64,000 nucleotides of DNA from Pseudomonadota bacterium (GTDB taxonomy: Bacteria > CALINM01). This document shows positions 10,532 to 21,480 of the stretch, piece by piece. Position numbers and translations under genes: made by a program. The stretch lies in the NCBI GenBank assembly GCA_026418415.1, contig JAOABK010000007.1, positions 1-64,000 of the forward strand, read 5' to 3'. The notes under the pieces are model-generated. The model made no database searches and was not told the DNA's origin. It was given only the letters and a program-made list of their open reading frames with translations. Position 1 is the stretch's first letter, and each line of letters begins with the position of its first letter.

Positions 10532-11725
10532 TTATTTCCAAGCTGGTTTTGGATATACCATTTTTCCTTCTGCTACCGCTTCAGGATATACAGTAACTTG
10601 CGTTCCATTTAGTATCTGGATAACTGCCATACCTTTACCAACAACCTTACCAGTACTATCGAATTTAATTTTTCCAAAAAGTGTTTCTTCATTGAAATTT
10701 GACAATGCTTCTCTTATCTTCGCAATATCTGTAAATGTGCCAGCCTTTTCTATTGCCCTTTGAAATATTACTGCTGCTGCTGCACCACCTGCCGAATGGT
10801 AGTTAGGATCTTCTTTATATTTAGCTTTGAACATTTTTACAAACTCTGTATTGCTACCAAATACTGGATCTTTATACTTTAAACTTTTCGTCCACTGAGC
10901 AGAACCAAATACATTTTCAGAATCACCTTTAAGAGAATCAACAAAATCTGGTAAAGTAGGACCTACTGAAAAGGCAAGTGCCTTAGGATTAACCTTATAA
11001 TCTTTACACTGTTTTACTATGACAATAGTATCCTGAAAATGGCCACAACCAATAATAATATCGGGGTTCTTTCCTTTTATCTGAGCTATCACAGTAGAGA
11101 GGTCTTGAGTTCCCTTAGGGTAATCCTGAAAGAGCACTACATTATAACCATACTTCTGAGCTGCTGATTTCGCTCCTTGTGCAACTTGTGTAGAAAAAAG
11201 ATCATTGGAATATACTATTGCAACAGTACTTGGCTTCGGATTTTTATCTTTTAGCATTTCAAGTATGTCGTCCATATATTCTGTAGCAACTGTATATATA
11301 CCAAAAAGATTTTTAAAACCACGTGTATAAAGCTTATCTGCAGCTGCACCACCCTGAACCATTAAGGCACCGTATTTTTCAGTTATTGCTGAGGTAGCAA
11401 AAACTGACTCACTACCATAAGGTCCAAGAATTAATTTTATCTTGTCTTCAGTAATAAGTTTTTCTACAAGCTTTGCTCCCCTATTTGGATCACTTTCATC
11501 ATCATAATATTTAATATCTACTAAATATTTTTTACCGCCTACATTTATACCACCTTTCTTATTAACCACTTCTTTCCATAATTCATAACCATCTTTTACG
11601 AGATTTCCTTCCTTTGCCAATTTTCCAGTTAATGAAAGAGCTGCACCAAATACTATTTTATCATCAGCATAGGCACCCGAAATGATAGTCAACGCAAGGA
11701 AAATAGTTAACATTAATCTCTTCAT
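10532..11725 (-). CDS. livK: Leu/Ile/Val-binding periplasmic protein (LivK/LivJ family)
   Basis: Signal peptide plus a type-I periplasmic binding fold, and it is the first gene of the liv operon. Confidence 0.75.
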   Translation of the reverse strand: MKRLMLTIFLALTIISGAYADDKIVFGAALSLTGKLAKEGNLVKDGYELWKEVVNKKGGINVGGKKYLVDIKYYDDESDPNRGAKLVEKLITEDKIKLILGPYGSESVFATSAITEKYGALMVQGGAAADKLYTRGFKNLFGIYTVATEYMDDILEMLKDKNPKPSTVAIVYSNDLFSTQVAQGAKSAAQKYGYNVVLFQDYPKGTQDLSTVIAQIKGKNPDIIIGCGHFQDTIVIVKQCKDYKVNPKALAFSVGPTLPDFVDSLKGDSENVFGSAQWTKSLKYKDPVFGSNTEFVKMFKAKYKEDPNYHSAGGAAAAVIFQRAIEKAGTFTDIAKIREALSNFNEETLFGKIKFDSTGKVVGKGMAVIQILNGTQVTVYPEAVAEGKMVYPKPAWK

Positions 11726-11762
11726 ACCCTTACTCCTCCCTTTAAAATTTAGTTTTACTTAT

Positions 11763-11778
11763 ATGCAATAAATATGCC
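11763..11778 (-). promoter_or_regulatory. sigma54 (-24/-12) promoter upstream of livK
   Basis: The minus strand reads TGGCAT-ATTTA-TTGCA, with GG and GC spaced as in the TGGCAC-N5-TTGCW consensus. It lies about 40 bp upstream of the livK start and downstream of a sigma54 activator gene. Confidence 0.6.
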
Positions 11779-11921
11779 ATGTAAAAACTATAACCCATTT
11801 TCATTTTTTTTCAAGTACCTTAATTTATAAACTTTATGGTTCCAAAAAATTAAACTACATTTTACTCAGTCAAACATCTGAAAAATGGCCAAAATTAAGA
11901 ATGGGTGGCGATTTTTAGCCA

Positions 11922-13268
11922 TTATTTTATCTTGTATTTATCTATTTTATGTCTTAAAGTACCCCTCGGAATGTTTAAAAGTTTTGCAGCTCTAAGAATA
12001 TTACCACCTGTTTTATTTAGAGCATCGAGTATTATCTTTTTTTCAAATGCCGAAACTTCATCAGCGAGCGACCTTACTCCCTCAACTGATTCCAAATCAT
12101 CACATGATTCAATCAAATCTGAAGGAAGATGATTCACATCCAAAATTTCTCCATCATGCATAATGCAAATTCTTTCAATAACATTCCTCAATTCTCTAAC
12201 ATTGCCATACCACTTACATTTAAGAAAAATGGATTGAACATCTTCATCAATATCTTTAAACTTTCTATTAAAAAGTTTTGAAAATCTTTCTAAAAAATAT
12301 TTTGCCAAAGGTATTATATCTTCCTTTCTTTCTCTTAAGGGTTTTAAATGAATAGGAAATACATTCAACCTATAATAAAGATCCTCTCTGAATCTCTTTT
12401 CCTCAACAGCCTTCTTCAAATCCCTATTAGTTGCAGAGATTATCCGAACATCAATCGATATATTTTTTATACTTCCAATCTTTCTTATCTGTCTTGTCTC
12501 AATGACTCTCAAAATTTTTGACTGTAGCGATAGGGGCATCTCTCCTATTTCATCAAGAAAAATGGTCCCTCCTTCGGCTTCTTGTAATAAGCCATTTTTG
12601 CTTGTCTTCGCATCAGTAAAGGCGCCTTTTTCATAACCAAAAAGCTCACTTTCTAATAAATTCTCTGGTAAACTTGCACAATTAATATCAACGAAAGGAT
12701 ATAAATTTCTACTACTGTTTTCATGAATAAGTCTTGCAATAACTTCCTTCCCAGTTCCACTTTCTCCAGTTATTAAAACATTTGTATCCTTATATTTTGC
12801 TACTTCTAAAGCCTGTTTTAACGCTGATTTCATTGATTCACTTTCAGCAACAATAAATTCCTCTTTCCTACCAAGTTTTCTTAATACGTGTACCTCTCTT
12901 TTCAGAGATTGAGCTTCTAAAGCCAATTTTACAATTAATTTTATTGCATCTGCTTTAAAAGGCTTCTTTATATAATCATAGGCACCTAATTTCAATGCTT
13001 CTACTGCTGAATCAACTGTGGCATAACCTGTAATTATTATTACTAATACATCAGGAGCTATTGATTTAATTCTTTTTAGTACTTCAATGCCATTTATGTC
13101 TGGAAGATTTAAATCAAGAAGAACTATATCAATATTTTCTTTATTAATTATATCAATGCCTGTATTACCATCCTTTGCCGTAAAAACTATATAACTATCC
13201 TGTCTTAGGATTCTTTCTAAATTCTCCCTTATAAAATTTTCATCATCTATAATCAATATATGTTTCAT
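11922..13268 (-). CDS. sigma54-dependent response regulator (NtrC family: REC - AAA+ - Fis HTH)
   Basis: REC aspartate in LLDLNLPD, Walker A GESGTGKE, sigma54-contact motif GAFTDA, and a C-terminal HTH. Confidence 0.85.
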   Translation of the reverse strand: MKHILIIDDENFIRENLERILRQDSYIVFTAKDGNTGIDIINKENIDIVLLDLNLPDINGIEVLKRIKSIAPDVLVIIITGYATVDSAVEALKLGAYDYIKKPFKADAIKLIVKLALEAQSLKREVHVLRKLGRKEEFIVAESESMKSALKQALEVAKYKDTNVLITGESGTGKEVIARLIHENSSRNLYPFVDINCASLPENLLESELFGYEKGAFTDAKTSKNGLLQEAEGGTIFLDEIGEMPLSLQSKILRVIETRQIRKIGSIKNISIDVRIISATNRDLKKAVEEKRFREDLYYRLNVFPIHLKPLRERKEDIIPLAKYFLERFSKLFNRKFKDIDEDVQSIFLKCKWYGNVRELRNVIERICIMHDGEILDVNHLPSDLIESCDDLESVEGVRSLADEVSAFEKKIILDALNKTGGNILRAAKLLNIPRGTLRHKIDKYKIK

Positions 13269-15463
13269 AAAGAATCTTCCGGTATCCAGATCTCAAAACA
13301 TGCTCCCATATCTGTATTCTTCGCAAATATTGTTCCTGAATGTTCATTTATTATACTCTTACTTATGGCTAAGCCTAATCCTGTACCACCCTCTCTTAAA
13401 GAATAGAAGGGCTCAAAAATTTTATCAATATCTGTCTCTTTTATGCCCGGTCCTGTATCAAAAATGGAGATTATTATGAAACTTTTACCCTGCATTGTTT
13501 CTTTCCTTTCATCTATTATTAACTTGCCTCCTTCATTCATGTGTTGTATCGCATTTAATATAATATTCAGGAATGCCTGCTTTATTTTATCGCCATCACC
13601 GTTTATGTATGCTGGCAATAACAGCCTTTTTCTTTCAACGCTAATCTCTTTTTTATCACACATCTTTTTAAGAAAAACAAAAATATCGTCTATGATTATA
13701 TCTATATTTATCCTTTCTTTTGTCTTGCTTTTAGGTGTTGCATAATCAAGTAACATAGCAACAAGTCTTTCAAGCCTCTCAATCTCACTTAATGCCGAAA
13801 CTATAAGAGCTTTACTTTCATTATCTTTAATTCTATCATGTAAATCATCCAAAAGAAGTGTTATACCAGTAAGTGGATTTCTAATTTCATGGGCAATCCC
13901 AGAAGCTAATTGACCTATTGATGAGAATCTATCAATCTTCCTCAACTCTTCATCCTTTAATAAATCAATTTTTTGCTTTAGATATAAGTTATACTCTTCT
14001 AACTGTTTTTTTGCGTTTTCCAATTCCCTCATTGAATTGAGCAATTGGCTTTTCTGTTCATTAATCTTTTTGTTCATTTCATAAAATGCTTGAGCTAATT
14101 CTCCTATTTCATCCTTTCTTTCGATCTTCTCCCAGTTTTGAAAATCTGTGTCTCCCATAAAACGAATCTTTTCAACAAGCTTCGTTATCGGCTCTGTAAT
14201 ATGTCTGCTAAAAAAATAACCAATAAAAGTTACTGAAAAAAATATGAATAGAAAAATCAAACCTGTACGCCTTTCATAATCTTGTAGATTCTTAATCAAT
14301 GTGTTTTCAGCCTTTACTGCAGAACTATAAAAATCCTCAAATTTTGCTCCTATAGTAAATCCTCCAAAAATACCAAGTTTATCATAGGGCTTAGTGTCAT
14401 AAAAAATTGGGGCATAAGCCATAACCTTTTTTATACCACCTACGTTAGTAACTGTAACAATGCCTGATTTCTTATTTCTCACATCCCTTGCAGCCTTTGG
14501 ATACCCTTCAGACAAAAACCCTACATGATCTAAATTAAACCCCACTATCCCTTCCTCAATATCTCTTTTAGTACTGTTTTCTGTCATATATCTTTTTTCT
14601 TTACCATCCTTCCAAACTCCAGGAAAATCCCAATATTTTGGGTGAGTAATTATCCATCCACTATCATCAAATATAAAAGCATAATTACCACTATCATAAC
14701 TTGCAAAAACAACATTTTCCCCATACCTTGGGACGATATGAATTGTTAACTCTTGAAAATGTATATGATCAAGAGCAATTGTAAGAACACCATTAAACTC
14801 ATCATTTCTATATATAGGCATTGAAAACCTTATAACTCCATCATATCTATTACCTCCACCTATATCGTCGGGCCTTTTTGCATTGCCTATTTGATCTTTT
14901 TTAGTCATTGCAAAACCTTTTAACGAAGAAACATAAATTTCACCCTTTTTTAAACGAGAAGCTTTGAGAAAATAATCCTCATTTTTATATGTAGTGTTTG
15001 ATGGATCTTTTACATTTCTTAACCCTTTTTTATCAACAATCTTTCCGTTTTTAAGGAGCACCTTTTCTTTTCCCCATTTATCAATTATCGCTATTTCTTT
15101 ATATAATGGTAATGTTTCATAAGTATCGACTAACCTTCCATTAACAATTTTTGCATACCAGATTCTTCCTCTTTTTTGCGACCAAAATCTAATAATATTT
15201 TCCTCATCAAGAGGCGTATTTGATAATTCTCTAAGCTCTTTTTCTCTCTCCTTCAAAAACATAGTTACCCTATGGGCGTAATTTTCTGCTTCTCTAATTA
15301 ATCTTTTGCTTTCTTCCCCTTCAAGCTCAGTTATCATCTGGACTATTAAATTTTTTCCTGCTTCTCTTATAGTAGAGAAGCTAAAAAAGGCTAATAAAAG
15401 AATTGGAAAGAGTGATAGAGAAAGAAAGGCTATAACTACTTTATGCTTTAAATTGATTCTCAT
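13265..15463 (-). CDS. Sensor histidine kinase with periplasmic double-Cache-like domain, HAMP, HisKA and HATPase
   Basis: Two TM segments flank a periplasmic domain of about 330 aa. H-box GIAHEIRNPL and G-box GTGLGLAISK are present. Confidence 0.8.
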   Translation of the reverse strand: MRINLKHKVVIAFLSLSLFPILLLAFFSFSTIREAGKNLIVQMITELEGEESKRLIREAENYAHRVTMFLKEREKELRELSNTPLDEENIIRFWSQKRGRIWYAKIVNGRLVDTYETLPLYKEIAIIDKWGKEKVLLKNGKIVDKKGLRNVKDPSNTTYKNEDYFLKASRLKKGEIYVSSLKGFAMTKKDQIGNAKRPDDIGGGNRYDGVIRFSMPIYRNDEFNGVLTIALDHIHFQELTIHIVPRYGENVVFASYDSGNYAFIFDDSGWIITHPKYWDFPGVWKDGKEKRYMTENSTKRDIEEGIVGFNLDHVGFLSEGYPKAARDVRNKKSGIVTVTNVGGIKKVMAYAPIFYDTKPYDKLGIFGGFTIGAKFEDFYSSAVKAENTLIKNLQDYERRTGLIFLFIFFSVTFIGYFFSRHITEPITKLVEKIRFMGDTDFQNWEKIERKDEIGELAQAFYEMNKKINEQKSQLLNSMRELENAKKQLEEYNLYLKQKIDLLKDEELRKIDRFSSIGQLASGIAHEIRNPLTGITLLLDDLHDRIKDNESKALIVSALSEIERLERLVAMLLDYATPKSKTKERINIDIIIDDIFVFLKKMCDKKEISVERKRLLLPAYINGDGDKIKQAFLNIILNAIQHMNEGGKLIIDERKETMQGKSFIIISIFDTGPGIKETDIDKIFEPFYSLREGGTGLGLAISKSIINEHSGTIFAKNTDMGACFEIWIPEDSL

Positions 15464-16746
15464 TAAATTCCAGAAACAACTATACCTTCTACTAATATTG
15501 ATGGGCTTCCAGCTTGTCCATATATTTCTAAATCATTGCCAACTGCAACTATATTCTTATATAAATCCTTTAGATTGCCCGCTATTGAAACACCAGATAA
15601 TGCTTTTACATAATTCCCATCTTCCATTAAATAACCTTCGAATCCAACTGAGAAATCGCCTGTTATAGTATTTACCAGATGCATACCTATCAAGGAGATA
15701 ACTCTTATGACCCTTTTACCCTTTATAAACGTATTAATATCATCATCCCCTTTATCAATAATTACTGTTGAAAACCAGTTTCTTGGTGGAGAAGAGATTT
15801 TACTCCTTATTGAGTTTCCTGTTGATTTTTTTCCCATTTTTTTACCATAAAAACTATCATAAAGAATGGTATCAACTTTACCCCTATCTACCAATTTTTT
15901 ATTGCCTCCCTGAAAACCTTCTCCATCAAAAAAATAGCTAATACTTCCCTTTTGAACCATCGGGTTATCATAAATAGTTAACTTTTCAGAAAAATTAATA
16001 GAATCAGTTAAAAGCGAACGCTTTTTGTAAACATTCTCACCTATAAAACTTTGTGCAAAAACTTCTAAAAAATCACAAGATGCCCTTGGCTCAAAGAGTA
16101 TTGTATACTCACCAGTATATGTGGGAGAAGAATTCAATAAATTTACTGCTCTATTATAGGATTTATTTGCTATCACTTTAGGATCCATATTCTCCAAATC
16201 ATTGTCTATTTCAAAATCCCATTCAATTTTTTCATCTCCTTCTTTTTTTACAACAACAACTACACCTAAAGCATATTTCTGAATAATTTGCTCTTGTACC
16301 CCCCTTGATGAGTTAAATAAAGATATCTTCCTTTGTTCATAATTCCCCGATAACCTCTCTATACTTTTCAAATACTGCTTTTCTTTGAGGCATTCTTTCA
16401 TCTCAACCATTTTTTTATATAAAAGTTCTACATTTACATCCTTTTCTTTGCCAAAGCATGTGCCATCAATATAATCGGGATCAGGAAGTGTATTATATTC
16501 ATCTCTTTCAGAATATTTCAGAGATAATTCAACGTTTTCAATTAAGTCATCTATATTTTCTTCTCCACTTATATAACCAAAGCCTATTATTCCATCTTTA
16601 AAGACCCTAACTGCTACTTCCACCTTTGAATGGCTCTCTTTTCTAATACCATCATCATTTTCTTCAAGGCTAATCATATCTTTCTGCTCACGCCATATTT
16701 CAAAATTTTTATATCTTTTTCTTAATACATTGATTATCTTTTCCAT
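15463..16746 (-). CDS. pmbA: TldD/PmbA-family metalloprotease (single copy)
   Basis: At 427 aa with the expected pattern of conserved blocks, it fits the TldD/PmbA family. Confidence 0.55.
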   Translation of the reverse strand: MEKIINVLRKRYKNFEIWREQKDMISLEENDDGIRKESHSKVEVAVRVFKDGIIGFGYISGEENIDDLIENVELSLKYSERDEYNTLPDPDYIDGTCFGKEKDVNVELLYKKMVEMKECLKEKQYLKSIERLSGNYEQRKISLFNSSRGVQEQIIQKYALGVVVVVKKEGDEKIEWDFEIDNDLENMDPKVIANKSYNRAVNLLNSSPTYTGEYTILFEPRASCDFLEVFAQSFIGENVYKKRSLLTDSINFSEKLTIYDNPMVQKGSISYFFDGEGFQGGNKKLVDRGKVDTILYDSFYGKKMGKKSTGNSIRSKISSPPRNWFSTVIIDKGDDDINTFIKGKRVIRVISLIGMHLVNTITGDFSVGFEGYLMEDGNYVKALSGVSIAGNLKDLYKNIVAVGNDLEIYGQAGSPSILVEGIVVSGI

Positions 16747-16748
16747 AG

Positions 16749-17207
16749 TTAATCCTTAAACTCAATTATAACCGCTTCTTCATCACAATCAGGAAACTTC
16801 GAGCATTTTATACAATCAGACCAGATTTTATGAGGCAGTTCTCTTTTGTCGATTTCCCTAAATCCATGTTTCTTAAAAAAATTGACTTTATATGTTAAAG
16901 CGAAAATCCTCTTAATCCCCATTTTCTTAGCCTCTTCGAGGCAACTATTAAGTAATATACTTCCAAACCCCCTATCTCTCATGTCATTTCTAACCATTAG
17001 AGACCTAACTTCAGCTAAATCTTCCCAGCATATATGGAGTGCTGAGACCCCTACTAATTCACCATCTTCATATAAAACAAAAAAATCTCGTATGTTATCG
17101 TAAATTTCATTCAAAGACCTTGGCAATAATTCACCATTTTTTGAACCTTCTAATAATAACTGATGAATTGCTTTAGCATCTTTTACAATAGCCTTTCTTA
17201 ATTCCAT
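16749..17207 (-). CDS. GNAT N-acetyltransferase, short ArgA-like (amino-acid N-acetyltransferase) with C-terminal Cys-rich tail
   Basis: GNAT motif A (RGFG) and a C-terminal KIWSDCIKCSKFPDCDEEA tail resembling the short-form N-acetylglutamate synthase family. Confidence 0.5.
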   Translation of the reverse strand: MELRKAIVKDAKAIHQLLLEGSKNGELLPRSLNEIYDNIRDFFVLYEDGELVGVSALHICWEDLAEVRSLMVRNDMRDRGFGSILLNSCLEEAKKMGIKRIFALTYKVNFFKKHGFREIDKRELPHKIWSDCIKCSKFPDCDEEAVIIEFKD

Positions 17208-18874
17208 TATTTTACCTCTCTCGCTTTGCTTATCATCTCTCTTGAATATTCTAAACCCTTTTCTGATAAATTACCACCAAGCATTCTTGCAATTTCAGAA
17301 ACCCTTGCCTCTTCATCTAACTCAGATACAAATACTTTAACCCTTTGTCCAGATTCATCTTTAGAAATTTTTATATGTTTATCAGCCCACACCGCAACCT
17401 GAGGTAAATGGGTTATACATATTACTTGGTGATGCTTTGCAATCTCTCTCAATTTTTTACCCAACATCTCACCGGTCTTACCTCCAACCCCACTGTCCAC
17501 TTCATCGAAGATAACAGTCATCTCCCTCTCTTTTGGTATAACATTTTTTATGGCTAACATTATTCTGGATAGTTCACCACCAGATGCTACATTGCTTAAT
17601 GGCTTTACTGGCTCTCCAATATGAGAGGCAAAATAAAATTCCACAGATTCTTTTCCATATAAAGGCATATCTTCAGCGTTCTCTAAATTAACTTCTTTAA
17701 AAAGCACTTTAAACTCACTCTTGCTCATTCCAAGGTCTTTTAATTGTTCTTTTATTTCTTTTTCAAAATTTTTTGCATTTTTCTGCCTTCTGTCAGAAAT
17801 GTCTATTGATATTTTTTTTATATTCTCCCTAATATTTTTAAGTTTTTCCAATAACTCTCTCTTTTCAATATCTAAATTTTCAAGCTCTTGGAGTCTTTCT
17901 TTAGAATCCTTCAAATAATTAATAATTTTCTCAAGTGAACCACCATACTTCTTTTTAAGCTTCGTTAAAAGATCAAGTCTTGTTTCCACAGTATCTATAT
18001 CATCATTATCAAATTCAAGCTTGTTAATATAATCGCTTAAATTTCTTGATACGTTCTTCACTATATCAATAATAGAACCTAATTCCTTTTCAGATTCCTC
18101 AATTACTTTTTCCTTTTCAGGCATATTTGAAAGTATTCTAAGCCCTTTGGATAGAATATCATAAGCTGAGTTTTCTGATTCATATAATAAATTAGATACT
18201 TCTACTATCCCTTTAATTATTTTTTCTCTATTTTGGAGAATATTTTTTCTATGCTCTAACTGGATGTCTTCATCGAGGTTCGTAATATTTGCTTTTTCAA
18301 TCTCCTCTATTTGAAATTTTAAGAAATCAATTTCTTGAAGCCTTTTCTGCTCTTGCTCTTCAATAGCAAGTAACTCCCTTTTAACTTCACGCCCCTCCAG
18401 AATAATTTTTTTTAAATTTTCTTTTAACTCAGTATTATTACAATATATGTCATAAAGTTCAGTGTGATAACTTGTTTCATATAATTCCTTTGCTTCACTT
18501 TGACCATAAACATGGATCAATTTTTGCATAATTTCTTTAACCTTTGATTGAGTAACAAAATTGTCATTTATATACTGTTTTGATTTACCACTCGAGCTAA
18601 TAACCTTTCTTATAATCAAAAACTCTTCATCTTTAATAGATTCTTCTAAGCCTTGCCTAATACTGTCAAAAGAAAAGACTGCCTCTATTTCTGCTTTCTC
18701 ACACCCAGCTCTTACGAAATCAACACCACCTCTACCCATTAGAGTGAGAATAGCGTCTATAATGAGTGATTTCCCCGCCCCTGTCTCCCCAGTTAGCACA
18801 TTGAATGACTTACTAAAGTTTAATCTTACATTTTCAATGATAGCAAAATTTTTAACCATCAACTCGAGGAGCAT
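17207..18874 (-). CDS. recN: DNA repair protein RecN
   Basis: N-terminal SMC-like Walker A GETGAGKS, a long coiled coil and a C-terminal signature. It also shows the classical nadK-recN synteny. Confidence 0.85.
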   Translation of the reverse strand: MLLELMVKNFAIIENVRLNFSKSFNVLTGETGAGKSLIIDAILTLMGRGGVDFVRAGCEKAEIEAVFSFDSIRQGLEESIKDEEFLIIRKVISSSGKSKQYINDNFVTQSKVKEIMQKLIHVYGQSEAKELYETSYHTELYDIYCNNTELKENLKKIILEGREVKRELLAIEEQEQKRLQEIDFLKFQIEEIEKANITNLDEDIQLEHRKNILQNREKIIKGIVEVSNLLYESENSAYDILSKGLRILSNMPEKEKVIEESEKELGSIIDIVKNVSRNLSDYINKLEFDNDDIDTVETRLDLLTKLKKKYGGSLEKIINYLKDSKERLQELENLDIEKRELLEKLKNIRENIKKISIDISDRRQKNAKNFEKEIKEQLKDLGMSKSEFKVLFKEVNLENAEDMPLYGKESVEFYFASHIGEPVKPLSNVASGGELSRIMLAIKNVIPKEREMTVIFDEVDSGVGGKTGEMLGKKLREIAKHHQVICITHLPQVAVWADKHIKISKDESGQRVKVFVSELDEEARVSEIARMLGGNLSEKGLEYSREMISKAREVK

Positions 18875-19683
18875 TATCTTTCTCCCCAGTGAAGCTTATT
18901 AGTAAGAATTTCAAAATAATTTTTATAAGGAGAATTGACTATATATGTTTTTTTATTTGACTTAGATATAACAATCTTATCGTTTTTTAATAATGGGCTT
19001 CCCTCTTGGCCATCAAGTGTCAAGTATACATCAGTTTCAGACTTTATAATAACTTCAATTTTTGAATTTGAGGATATTACAATTGGTCTATGAGTTAATG
19101 TATGAGGGCATATTGGGCATATTATCACACAATCTACATCAGGAGTAATTATTGGTCCACCTGCAGAAAGAACGTAAGCAGTAGAACCTGTGGGTGTTGA
19201 AACTATCAAACCATCTGCACGATATTTACTTAAAAAATTATCATTTACATAAGTCTCAAGCTCTATCATCCTTGCAAGGTTACCCTTTGTAATCACAGCA
19301 TCATTAAGTACACATGCTGACTTAATTAATTTTCCCCTCCTAACAAGCTTTACATCACACATCATTCTTTCACTAATGCTACACCTATTGCTTAAAAAGC
19401 ATTCTATCGAATCAAAGGCTTCATCTGGAGCTATTTCAGTAAGAAAACCAAGTCCCCCCATATTGATTCCTATAATGGGTTTTTTGGCTCCCTTGAGCAG
19501 TCTTGATGCATATAGTAAAGTGCCATCCCCTCCTATAACAACTATGACATCCAGATCTCTAAGGTCTTCAGATTCAGGAACTATAACCTTAGAATTAATC
19601 CTCTTTTTGTTTAACCAATTTATTAGTTTTTCAGAAAATACCTTTGCTTTTCTGCTTTTTTTAACTAATAGTCCGAATTTCAT
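18874..19683 (-). CDS. nadK: NAD+ kinase
   Basis: GGDGTLL motif and the NADK fold. Confidence 0.85.
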   Translation of the reverse strand: MKFGLLVKKSRKAKVFSEKLINWLNKKRINSKVIVPESEDLRDLDVIVVIGGDGTLLYASRLLKGAKKPIIGINMGGLGFLTEIAPDEAFDSIECFLSNRCSISERMMCDVKLVRRGKLIKSACVLNDAVITKGNLARMIELETYVNDNFLSKYRADGLIVSTPTGSTAYVLSAGGPIITPDVDCVIICPICPHTLTHRPIVISSNSKIEVIIKSETDVYLTLDGQEGSPLLKNDKIVISKSNKKTYIVNSPYKNYFEILTNKLHWGER

Positions 19684-19918
19684 ATCATTTTTTTAACATA
19701 ATTAGACCTCTTATTCCATAAAAAAATTATTTTAGTTTTACATACTGTTAGTAATTCTAAGAGTTAGTTATTAGCGGTTGAAAATAATCTTAGATATGCC
19801 TTCCTCAAAAATCCACTTAATTCATGATCGCCAAAAATTAGTAAAAAAAATAAAAATTTTTCTTGACTATTTATGTTAAAATATTTTTTAATTCTCTTAT
19901 GCTTTAGGGGGTGTTAAA

Positions 19919-20377
19919 ATGAGAATCTCTACTAAAACAAGATATGGAGTTAGAGCAATTTTTGATTTAGCATATCATTGTAGTGGTACTTCAGCGCAGG
20001 TGAAGGATATTTCAAAAAGGCAAAACATATCTCAACGTTATCTGGAGCAGATATTTCATAGACTTAAAAAAGCTGGTATTGTTAAAAGTGAAAGAGGACC
20101 TAAAGGTGGTTATATACTTACGAAACAACCAAAAAATATTACCCTGGGAGACATATACAGGGCAGTTGAAAAAAGCTTCGACTTAGTTCCTTGCAAGACC
20201 AGAAAGGGTAATAAATGCGAACAATACGATGAATGTGTAACTATGCCAATTTGGCATAAAATTTCAAAGGATATAGAAAAAATTTTTGACAGCATAACTA
20301 TAGAAGATCTATGTAACATAGCATCATCAAAAAACATTCCAAGGGACATTGAAAATAAATATATGTACTTTATTTAA
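19919..20377 (+). CDS. Rrf2-family transcriptional regulator (three-Cys, probably Fe-S containing)
   Basis: N-terminal MRISTKTRYGVRAIFDLA Rrf2 HTH, and CX8CX5C cysteines at the IscR/NsrR cluster-ligand position. Confidence 0.8.
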   Translation: MRISTKTRYGVRAIFDLAYHCSGTSAQVKDISKRQNISQRYLEQIFHRLKKAGIVKSERGPKGGYILTKQPKNITLGDIYRAVEKSFDLVPCKTRKGNKCEQYDECVTMPIWHKISKDIEKIFDSITIEDLCNIASSKNIPRDIENKYMYFI

Positions 20378-20559
20378 TGTCTTGTGAATCACCTGCCGGT
20401 GATCCCTCCTCCTTCTGTCAACAACCAGGTTCACCCAAATGACCACAACAATTTTTTAATGTAAAAATTTTGATTAGGTTATTTTTAAAAAGTTTAAAAA
20501 TTTTCTCCTTCAGAGGCATTGGTGTTTTTAAATTTGTTAAAAACCACTTTACATTAGGC

Positions 20560-21417
20560 CTATTTGACATCTTTATAAACTCTCTCTGGAATTTTTTTAT
20601 TTAATAGATAATTAGTAAACTCCACAACTATGTTTTTATTTTCTTCTGAAATATCCTTACCTTCTAACGTTCTAACCTGCTTTATTGGTAGAAAATATCC
20701 ATTTATCTTACCAAATTCCGTTACAAACTTTCCAACAACTGAACTGTCACTGGTTTTTAAATTTAATACCTTCAATAAATTATGCCCCTCTTTATTTTCA
20801 TACTCCGCTATAACTTCATATTTAATCTCTTTTTCTCCCCCTGAAACAACGGTCATTCTTTTAACTAATCCCCTATCTTTATCAATGTTAAAAGATAAGG
20901 CTTTTACATCATCTGTTGGTAAGGGAAGACCTGTCTTAAAAAATAGACCATCTATAAAAATTGGCTTAATAAAACTTATTGATAAAACTACTTCATCCCC
21001 CTTAAATTCTATTATTTTCTTGCTATTAGCTAAAAGAGCATCCCTTTCTTTCTTTTTGTTTACTGGAAGGAAAAAACCATGTAATTCAAGAGCATATTGA
21101 GAAATCATCTTTTTAGAAAATTCCTGCATATAGGGAAATACATTTTTCCCTTCTAAAACAATAACCATGCCTTTTTTATGATGCCAATATTTCTTAAGCT
21201 CTGGCTTTTCAGGTCTTGGCATATCTTTGGGCATAGAAGCTGTCATCTTGTTCATCATAATCTCAAACTGAGATGTTTTAACGTCACATTTGTAGCTTTT
21301 CAATTTAGGATAAAATTCATTTGCCACTTTCTCAGCTTTCAAATAGTAATTATTAAAATCATCAGCATAAACATAATTTGAAAAGATTAACAAAATAAGG
21401 ATAAAAATTTTTTTCAT
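20560..21417 (-). CDS. Hypothetical secreted protein
   Basis: Signal peptide, no recognisable motif. Confidence 0.4.
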   Translation of the reverse strand: MKKIFILILLIFSNYVYADDFNNYYLKAEKVANEFYPKLKSYKCDVKTSQFEIMMNKMTASMPKDMPRPEKPELKKYWHHKKGMVIVLEGKNVFPYMQEFSKKMISQYALELHGFFLPVNKKKERDALLANSKKIIEFKGDEVVLSISFIKPIFIDGLFFKTGLPLPTDDVKALSFNIDKDRGLVKRMTVVSGGEKEIKYEVIAEYENKEGHNLLKVLNLKTSDSSVVGKFVTEFGKINGYFLPIKQVRTLEGKDISEENKNIVVEFTNYLLNKKIPERVYKDVK

Positions 21418-21480
21418 AGAAGCCTCCTTTAACTCGTTATAAAATATACCATAAGTAAGAAATTTGTAAAGGAGACTAAA

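Noticed and set aside
11905-12132. 75-aa plus-strand ORF overlapping the 3' end of the sigma54 activator gene
   Set aside because: It is antisense to a confidently called gene and has no RBS.
19684-19918. Promoter or operator for rrf2 (TTGACT...TGTTAAAAT)
   Set aside because: A plausible extended -10 was seen, but the spacing to the -35 is poor and no IscR-type palindrome is recognisable, so it is too weak to call.
20386-20460. GC-rich patch with hairpin (atcacc-tgcc-ggtgat) downstream of rrf2
   Set aside because: The stem is only 6-7 bp with no adjacent U-tract. It could be a weak terminator or a remnant, and the evidence is insufficient for a feature call.
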